From NCBI GenBank assembly GCA_017622395.1, contig JAGARF010000220.1:1-37021 (forward strand): a stretch of DNA of 37,021 bases, read 5' to 3'. The notes under the pieces are model-generated. The model worked only from the letters and a program-made list of their open reading frames with translations. It was not told the DNA's origin and ran no database searches. This document shows, piece after piece, positions 10,601 to 16,206 of the stretch. Every line of letters begins with the position of its first letter. Within the stretch, counting starts at the first letter, position 1. This DNA is from Clostridia bacterium (GTDB taxonomy: Bacteria > Bacillota > Clostridia > RGIG6154). Both the position numbers and the translations under genes were made by a program.

Positions 10601-12170
10601 AAACATTGGTATTTATATGTTCATTCGTTGTTCCTGTTCCGTCTTCTTTATACATTCTTCCAAGCTTGATACTGTTATAAACATTGAATATATCAGTTGT
10701 TATATTATCGTCTTCATTAACAACAGGACCCAATTCATAAGTTCCTGTCGCACCAGGCACTTTATAATAGCTTGCAGTATAACTTTCTGCTTCAGTACCT
10801 TTAGCATAAGTTCCGTCCTTCTGCAAAGTTGCTCTTATGCCTGTTCCTGTTATTGTTGAAGAGACTTCATAGTCTGTTAAATGCTCCATATTTGCAACTA
10901 CGTTAGCAACTGTTGGATAAGAGTAGGTAGAATAAGCCCCACCTGAACCTAATTTGTATACATTAAGGAACAACCTTGCTTCGGTATTGTCTACACCATG
11001 TTTGTAAACACCTTTCTCTGTGTTATACTCACCCATAGTGTCTTTAGGGTCGATTCCAACCAATGTATTTCTGAAGTCTTGTCTGTACCCTTCTTTTGGT
11101 GCTACTGCTGTAGAGATTATATCAATTCTTGTTGAAGGGCGTATACCTAAAGCTTCGGCTTTGTTAAGCTCTGCAATCTTATTTGCAAGTGCAGTTTTCT
11201 GTGCTGTTAAAGTACAATTAAATTCTTTTTCAACCGACTCAACATCTATAGATTTAAGTTCTTTAGCTGTTGTTGCTTTTTCAATCGCAGCATCAATTTC
11301 AGCAACAACTTCAGCTAATGTAACCTTTGTTCCCCATGCTGAGAGAACATAAATGCAAAGAGCAGTAGTAGTAGTTGTTGTTGCATCTTTGATTTTTATT
11401 GCAGTAAGGGTCTTTGTGGCATCTGTATTGATTGTAAAGGGAATAAAACCATGTGCTCCGCTGGAGTTATCATTACTATTAGTAAAGTTTTTTAAATAAA
11501 TATTTCCGTTTGAATATTTTTGTGCATCAGTCATTGTCGGAGCAGTAATAGTAATTGTTTTTTCCACTTCTTCATCTGAATAAACAAGTGTAACAGTTGC
11601 ATCTCTGGTCTTGCCTGACATTATTCCCGCAAGAAGACCTATATTTTTGTATCTTCCGTCTGTAACATCGATAACTGCTTCCTGATTTATAGATTTGTAG
11701 CTTTTAATTTTTTCCGAATCTGTAAGAGCAGAGGTATCAACAGCATTTTTACAAACCTTGATTACATTTTCATTTAAATTTAAAAGGTAGTCAACCCCAT
11801 TGATTGTCCAATAAGCGGTATTTTCTGTTACCTCTGTAAGAACAGTAGTGCTCCATCTGCTATGTGTATCGCTGGGTTCTCCCAGCTTGTAGAAAAACAT
11901 ACCGCCGCCGTTTCCGGGGTTTATTACTGCCGTCTGGTCAGTTTTGACTTCACCTGTAGGTGCTGCAACAAAGCCTGCAAAATCTACACCGGGGAGGTAG
12001 TCTATGTATGACAATCTGTTTTCATATATGCCATCACCTGATTCTACAAAAAATCTGCTGTTACCTTTAATTTCAAACCAGACTCTGTTGTCTGTTTCAG
12101 CTGCTGCAGGTAACATAAATATACTGCAAAGCATTGTAACAACTAAAATAAAACTGATAATTTTTCTCAT
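4680..12170 (-). CDS. Giant (2496 aa) secreted modular protein: four unclassified beta-rich modules, helical-hairpin spacers, a central right-handed beta-helix putative glycan-active catalytic core, an FN3-like module and a C-terminal beta-sandwich
   Basis: Complete ORF in the track. Signal peptide MRKIISFILVVTMLCSIFMLPAAA/ETD. SD gagggag upstream of the ATG. The beta-helix region (about residues 1303-1850, nt 6621-8264) starts YEIYVSPDGDDSGYGYYGSPVKTLERAKAIA and carries repeated N-x-I/V rungs plus DTGDCGVIYNGR and VAVYLDDRLSG acidic motifs. The FN3-like motif is YLEWERVAPADYYTVEIATDENMSNII. Confidence 0.9.
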   Translation of the reverse strand: MRKIISFILVVTMLCSIFMLPAAAETDNRVWFEIKGNSRFFVESGDGIYENRLSYIDYLPGVDFAGFVAAPTGEVKTDQTAVINPGNGGGMFFYKLGEPSDTHSRWSTTVLTEVTENTAYWTINGVDYLLNLNENVIKVCKNAVDTSALTDSEKIKSYKSINQEAVIDVTDGRYKNIGLLAGIMSGKTRDATVTLVYSDEEVEKTITITAPTMTDAQKYSNGNIYLKNFTNSNDNSSGAHGFIPFTINTDATKTLTAIKIKDATTTTTTALCIYVLSAWGTKVTLAEVVAEIDAAIEKATTAKELKSIDVESVEKEFNCTLTAQKTALANKIAELNKAEALGIRPSTRIDIISTAVAPKEGYRQDFRNTLVGIDPKDTMGEYNTEKGVYKHGVDNTEARLFLNVYKLGSGGAYSTYSYPTVANVVANMEHLTDYEVSSTITGTGIRATLQKDGTYAKGTEAESYTASYYKVPGATGTYELGPVVNEDDNITTDIFNVYNSIKLGRMYKEDGTGTTNEHINTNVFDNINISGDYLNILMRTYEKEGDMTLIPVTIEYTTGDPETVYIITTEEKLKEEDRTKIVRAFPKKADGSEYTQQELVDAKTNYVSLDTAGMSTVGVKADAKIEDFVFTGLASGVKLIYTKKFNLGTTRVYRPTQNGYTATYYVEDASIPIDSTRIIKKISISSWMGTGDSDKVIAPHDQRLGSQTQNTYHKVTLDGYNGNYDLFIDFGRTCQGRTDLFGMSVSSFSLSDKINAIEARIEKLPEAYLEKDAEEILAIREEIKEIIAGGVVTEEDFDEKLYEKIEYLYEQKELMDSYGESIKELVTILNNMPEKYSNETGKTAAEAKRLIEGLIKDGVAEAYIKSLSPYYERYESHLAVYNEWLNVKNSQDRMVIDWTAKDDMHAADIFEFSTAKLEEIPNKQGIVMSSTNNVLPSNYPHGQFIGFYSADSAKTKNPDTFPDKYNQYYIKNNNITYGYRGISETIGENTYNAGMIAPSYGFEIPFDSVTKYDTISILANGITFLAGEYSRQLQAIKTKVSFADGTSKEEISLVGNFAYSYRMALYSMLDGDALPYSELLSERIKRNLDELWYPKEANVSSYFKLAPDSIRLYYNVDQVTKEIKKDSTLGRATAINIDAEGKAVEKVSVSYATASDLQKMGGVAYDKYVRQETNDGVTTDIERESKNTYYIPIDKSQLAGITGYEENRDYYMSVIINPLYPVYLHGVTGVRTESSSYAEDIAEIENIIKGLSEEFDINEVKAMKDAESRIAFLENQGVSKASFDSALLEKLENLLESNVAESGHYEIYVSPDGDDSGYGYYGSPVKTLERAKAIARTYKNARPVDIILLEGEHNLSKTLELTAFDSGTKENPVTIKGMGGVITTADTLSYYDFEKVTEKEAGERLQPKVIGKVLKVNLSDHGIYAGDMPMFYSTAIGGDGFEDVTFFVNDKEQSVAQYPNGESNYETWVDLADTSINSGKIKVNANRAKKWQNEKFAYFEGYPSPDYSNERNNITIEGDLICFKNKARFELDENHSRRYKVKHMLYELDSPGEWYIDRDTNILYYYPTADFNEGSKIQIATRKLDAITTTTGLSNFYLDGVKFDKIRGNAFVAGASQDNVNIYNCQFTNISNIAVRYTAKTSSSTLANIANYTDAAKNCEIRNNRFINIGSNAIKFIGGNRSTLSEGNNVIANNYIYNASDKQKCNPDIEVTGAKNYVLNNEIHMGTFHAINHSGNENVIAYNELYNMLRDTGDCGVIYNGRQLATRGTEIAYNYIHDYKHLDERTKDNGVAVYLDDRLSGINIHHNIIFSNGVGDDANGIQNGGGQHNKINYNTIVDADETMTRTNRLIADYLNNADCTAFDELIRISGMASEGEEVLLLLDLGNTKKYKMLAKNEFYFERYPEMYDSIETLINPNETVPQFVNKYPFILTLPEFSEGGRYGNLSQDIANGNDLTKYRLLSLKSTIGNEYIGNIANRPWRASESKDIDGNIYDVYEKFGSTNTDNVDNATTDTFVNYAGRDFRIKGETNGGALDESFDLNKIGIQADGSVSYDLDFELNRINTVNPKAGLDRSFEIICVDGSDKSNVYLEWERVAPADYYTVEIATDENMSNIIYRNENAYFSRLNVDLSDYSQNEFYFRVTARNIGRNGNSWTNSDGVRKIKTLYSVSIDIYEDAAVPFDISADFNVDVFNNEGETHSDKNLLGGISSGGTLGMYNLTNLKKIVPANGYYEYGGAAFCFPQVGYDTSKNNAVSTQVCYDNLSSWDKLLGKKGNYTYTLKTEEQGYYDKVKLAMSSKLAAKDYQIIAHYTDNSSETLTVALHQYYSTAHSYETANIILTVDGVNYQGQKVSSVTPYTMNKIYEAVIDTDNTKVLKSIEFVRTSGTVYNGGTNDEYIFAITGVQSERILANGNKVQAISMKNYSGAEKNANVIITGYIDGEYTVIMVTATIRNNKYAGVLNIEIPEKAERMTSRAMFLWERDPNTMKPYTTKLPIK

Positions 12171-12251
12171 AATTTCTCCCTCTTTTATTTATTTTACTAA
12201 AAATTTTATTTACAAAACACAGGTGTTTTTCTCCATTTTATACCTAATTTT

Positions 12252-12280
12252 ATTATATCATACATTACTGCAATAATCAA
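12252..12280 (-). promoter_or_regulatory. Sigma-A type promoter for the 2496-aa gene
   Basis: The minus strand reads TTGATT, a 17-nt spacer, then TATAAT with an extended -10 (TGATATAAT). The -35 is at 12275-12280 and the -10 at 12252-12257. It lies just downstream of the terminator of the preceding operon and about 80 nt upstream of the ATG at 12170. Confidence 0.6.
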
Positions 12281-12315
12281 TAACAAATTTCCTGCAATTT
12301 TACTGAATTTTTGCA

Positions 12316-12352
12316 CAAAAAAACAACCCCTGTGCGTGGTCACGCACAGGGG
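12316..12352 (-). terminator. Rho-independent terminator ending the SLH/1274-aa operon
   Basis: Perfect 12-bp GC-rich stem cccctgtgcgtg/cacgcacagggg (12327-12338 pairs with 12341-12352). On the minus strand it is followed by ttgttttttt. It sits 13 nt after the stop at 12365. Confidence 0.85.
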
Positions 12353-12364
12353 TTTTATGTTTAT

Positions 12365-15300
12365 TTATTCAAAATAATATGTGTTGTATACTTTTCTGCA
12401 GTTTGTAAGTGAGTCAAGGATAAGACATTCAATTGTCTGTCCATCCTGAAGGTCAAATGCAACTGCCTGTGAAATTGTTTCGCCTGATGCAAGAGTTTTA
12501 TTTACAAGGTATTTTGCAACCATAGAATTGTTTGCATCATATACGGCAATTATTGCTGTAACCTCCTGATCTTTTGTCATATTATTTGTTAATACAACAG
12601 TACCTGCAGCATTTTCCATTGTGATTTCTGCATCAACAGCAGGCTTTGAATCATATGCTTTCTTTGTATCTGTTAAGATAGTCTTGCCTGATACGCCTGC
12701 AACCTCTCTTGAAATTGTAAGGTTATATTTTCTGTCATAGTCATAGTCGTTTTTAATAACAACTCTAACTTCTCTGATTTCACCATCTGTTTCAACAGGA
12801 ATTAATTCATAGTTTGTGAAAGCAACTTCTTTTGGAACAGTACCTTCAACGATTGTTTCTGTAACTGCAAAAAATTCCTTTGTAATTGATGAAGGTGCAA
12901 CAGGACCTGTGAATTTAACTGTAAAGGTCATATTATCCAGGTCTGTGTATGCTGTAACACTTTCAATTGCAACGAAAATGTTCTTGTTTTCTGCAACTGT
13001 CTGAGCGAACTCTGAATTATATAAAACTTCTTTTTCGTCAAGAGAGTTCATAATGTTTGTGCAGCCCTCAAGGATTGCTCTTACATTAGCCTCTGCTGTG
13101 TTTTCAAGGTTTTCAATACTTTCTGTAAGCACCTTGTTAAGAAGGACAGAGTTTGCAACCTGGCCTGTCAAAGCAAACAAATGAGCATCATTTGTTCTGA
13201 ATATGAATTCAATCTTATCAAGAATTTTCTTATCATCAGGAGTTAAGATATGGTCACCAACTGCAATGCTGTATCCGCCGCCTGGTGAACTATCATACTG
13301 AGGCATATATGCTCTGTAATATCTTAAGCTTACTTTACCGTCATTATTTAAAACCTTATAGTATGTTGGGTTGTCCTTGTAAAGCTCAGACATTTCTCTG
13401 TAGCCTGCAATCTTCTTAACATTTGCTTCTTCTGATGATGAGCCGTCTGCATAAATATACTTAACAGTTAAACCTGCACCTTCTGTATCAGCCCACATTG
13501 CTGCGTGAAGCTTTGAGTATGCATTGTTTGGAACATCAACTGTAACTGTTGTAGAAACTGCTGATGCCACAGAGTTATTTTCCTTGTCAATCTTACCATC
13601 TACAGTTGTTTTAATCTTACCAAACTGATAAGGAACGCCGTTAATTGTTGTTTTGTTTGTTGTAAGGTCAACTCCAAGCTTTGAAACAAAGTCCTCTTCA
13701 ACCGCAGCCATATTGCCTGTTAGGGATGCCACAATTGTCCACCTTTTTTCAGCAGGAAGCTGATTTGCAAAATGGTTGTTTTCATCCTTAACGTAGTTTC
13801 CGTCCGGACCTCTGAACTGAGCCTGATATCTTTCAAGACTGTCAACTACATCCTTATTATAAGGAAGGTCAAAGGTTGTATAGCTTGCCTTTTCATCTCT
13901 CTGTGCAATAAGGCTTTCAAACTTTGCTATTGTCTGTGAAGGAATAACACCGCCGTCATTTTGAATAGCAGTAATTGCCTTCTCAATTTCAACTATTTCA
14001 TTATCAATTGCAGCTGTGTAAAGCTCAGGGAGAGCTTTGATCTTTTCAACTACGATATCAATATCTCTCTGCAAGAGGTTAGAATCTGCTGCCTCGTATA
14101 AAGCATCAAATATTTCGATATTTGCAAGACCTTTAGCTGTACCGCCGTTTTCATAGAATTTATCAATATCAGCTTTGATTTCAACAATTGTTTCAAGCTG
14201 TTCCTTGTCATACTCGATATCAAGACCGTCAATAGCTGTATCTATCTTTGCACCTTCTTCAGCAAGAGAAGCAAGTTTGTCGATTTTGTCAACAACCGCC
14301 TTGTCAACTACACCTGTACCTGCTGATGGGTTTTCTTTTAAGCCGTCTGCAAGAGCTTTTGCAGCAACAACTTCGTCATACATTTCGTATAAGTATTCAT
14401 TTCCCCAGCCTTTTGCCTTGTCTTCAAGACCTGAAGACATAACATAAACATCATAAACCTTTGCAAATTTCGCCATTAAGTCTTCATTAAATTCTGAAGA
14501 TAAAATGCCTGAACTTAAAAGTGCATCATATTCTGCCTTAATGCCTTCAACCTCTGCTCTCATTGATGAGATATACTTAAATGCCATATTTGTGATTTTG
14601 CCTTCAACTGATGCAATCTGGGCAGCCTTGATTTCTGCTTCGGCTGAAGCATATAAATCATTAAGCTTTGTTAATAAGGCGTCTTCAAAATCAGTATCTT
14701 CAACACCCTCTGTCTTTAAAGCCTCAAGTGCATTTTTAATTTCAGCAATTTCCATTTTCTGTGTTGAATTGTATGTATCATCTAAAGCATCAATTCTTGC
14801 CTCTAAAGCGTCAATTTTCTCCTGAAGTGACTGACCTACAACTGTTACAGCAAATACAGCCTGTTCATCCTTACAAAGTCTGCCAAGCTTTGCAAAGTAG
14901 TAGTAATCATCAGATGCACCTTCAATTGTTACAGGGATATATGCACAATTGCCGTCAATAACAGCTATTGCATTTCCCATTTCGTCTTTCCAATTTTTAG
15001 CAGCCTCAGTATCTCTTTCCATCTGAACTGATTTAACCTTTTGGTTTACAGGAATATTAATATAATCCACATAACCGAGAGGGCAGTATCTTCTTGGGTT
15101 TGTTCCGCCTGCTGATGGGCTTCTTGCAATGTTAAAGTCACCAAAGAGAACTGAATCACCTTTGATAATTAAATCATCATTTGGGAATTTAACATCATCA
15201 AGTGTGATAGCTTTACCGATAATCTCTTCTGAATTTGATTCAGAAAGATATGAATAAACATAGCCTGCTTCTCTCTTGTATTCATTTGTTTCATGTTCAG

Positions 15301-16189
15301 CATTTCTTTCTATTATTGAGGCTTCCTTAATCTTTTCGCCTGTAGAAATATCTGCCGTTTTTGGAATATAGATAATTGTTTTTGCAAGTCTGTCCCCGTC
15401 ACCTTCGTTGTTTGATGCACCGCCTGTTCTTGCAACATGGTCATCTCTTGAAATATTAGTGTCAACTGAAAGAGCATATTTTGTAAGAGTTGTTCCGTCT
15501 TCATAGGTGATTTTTACAGGGAATAAACCTGCATAACCGCCACCGTTAACAACCCATGTGTTCATAAGAATGTTAACAGATGTAGGACTATCAATAGTTC
15601 CCTGTGCGTTGTATGCACCAACAGTGTTTGGAAGCTTATGTGCATTCAAAACACCTGTTGTTGTATGATGTGCGCCTGTGCCGCCGATAGGACCCATTTT
15701 GAAGTTGACACCATTGTGGTTGTAAAGGAAATTCATAGTTCCGTCTGTTTCTGTAGACTGGAGCTTGAAGTTTGAAACTCCGTTTGCTTTGAATTTGTAT
15801 GTTGTTTCTTTAACTGTTGTTAAATCTGATGTAAGGTATTTGCCTTTATAGCTTCCGTCTGCATTGCCAATAATTGTATCAATAAGAAATACATTACCGC
15901 TAAGGTTCTTTGAAGATGAAGTATAGCTTGCAACATTCCAGCTGTTTGTTATAGGTGTTCCGTCAGGAAGCTTGCTTTGGAATATTGTATGGCTATTATC
16001 TGACGGGAAATAATGGAACAGTTCTTCAACAGTTGCAAAAGCATCGTTTGTGAAAGGAATATCAAGATATTCCATTTTAGGGGTGTTTAAAAATTCTTCT
16101 CTTGTTTGCTCAGCTGAAACAGGAGCAACGAAAGTTGTTATGCTTAAAAGCATAGCAGCTGTTAAAATTAAAGATATAATTTTTTTCAT
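12365..16189 (-). CDS. Secreted 1274-aa modular protein with no recognisable catalytic domain: two unclassified beta-rich modules, a five-unit helical-hairpin array and a C-terminal beta-sandwich
   Basis: Complete ORF. Signal peptide MKKIISLILTAAMLLSITTFVAPVSA/EQT. SD aaaggag 9 nt upstream. Shares module motifs (INGVPYQFG, VKYIYADGSSSE, ILDKIEFIF, AHLFALTGQ) and the hairpin spacer with the 2496-aa protein. Confidence 0.9.
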   Translation of the reverse strand: MKKIISLILTAAMLLSITTFVAPVSAEQTREEFLNTPKMEYLDIPFTNDAFATVEELFHYFPSDNSHTIFQSKLPDGTPITNSWNVASYTSSSKNLSGNVFLIDTIIGNADGSYKGKYLTSDLTTVKETTYKFKANGVSNFKLQSTETDGTMNFLYNHNGVNFKMGPIGGTGAHHTTTGVLNAHKLPNTVGAYNAQGTIDSPTSVNILMNTWVVNGGGYAGLFPVKITYEDGTTLTKYALSVDTNISRDDHVARTGGASNNEGDGDRLAKTIIYIPKTADISTGEKIKEASIIERNAEHETNEYKREAGYVYSYLSESNSEEIIGKAITLDDVKFPNDDLIIKGDSVLFGDFNIARSPSAGGTNPRRYCPLGYVDYINIPVNQKVKSVQMERDTEAAKNWKDEMGNAIAVIDGNCAYIPVTIEGASDDYYYFAKLGRLCKDEQAVFAVTVVGQSLQEKIDALEARIDALDDTYNSTQKMEIAEIKNALEALKTEGVEDTDFEDALLTKLNDLYASAEAEIKAAQIASVEGKITNMAFKYISSMRAEVEGIKAEYDALLSSGILSSEFNEDLMAKFAKVYDVYVMSSGLEDKAKGWGNEYLYEMYDEVVAAKALADGLKENPSAGTGVVDKAVVDKIDKLASLAEEGAKIDTAIDGLDIEYDKEQLETIVEIKADIDKFYENGGTAKGLANIEIFDALYEAADSNLLQRDIDIVVEKIKALPELYTAAIDNEIVEIEKAITAIQNDGGVIPSQTIAKFESLIAQRDEKASYTTFDLPYNKDVVDSLERYQAQFRGPDGNYVKDENNHFANQLPAEKRWTIVASLTGNMAAVEEDFVSKLGVDLTTNKTTINGVPYQFGKIKTTVDGKIDKENNSVASAVSTTVTVDVPNNAYSKLHAAMWADTEGAGLTVKYIYADGSSSEEANVKKIAGYREMSELYKDNPTYYKVLNNDGKVSLRYYRAYMPQYDSSPGGGYSIAVGDHILTPDDKKILDKIEFIFRTNDAHLFALTGQVANSVLLNKVLTESIENLENTAEANVRAILEGCTNIMNSLDEKEVLYNSEFAQTVAENKNIFVAIESVTAYTDLDNMTFTVKFTGPVAPSSITKEFFAVTETIVEGTVPKEVAFTNYELIPVETDGEIREVRVVIKNDYDYDRKYNLTISREVAGVSGKTILTDTKKAYDSKPAVDAEITMENAAGTVVLTNNMTKDQEVTAIIAVYDANNSMVAKYLVNKTLASGETISQAVAFDLQDGQTIECLILDSLTNCRKVYNTYYFE

Positions 16190-16206
16190 AATTTATTACT
16201 CCTTTC

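Noticed and set aside
14175-14825. Long + strand ORFs (14175-14447, 14248-14442, 14505-14825) antisense to the helical-hairpin array. Similar ones occur at 11020-11352, 19316-19843, 10200-10562 and 26512-26829.
   Set aside because: They lie entirely inside far longer, motif-rich minus-strand genes. Their translations are low-complexity (S, A, F and I rich) with no SD or recognisable motif. They are typical shadow ORFs created by the codon bias of the opposite strand.
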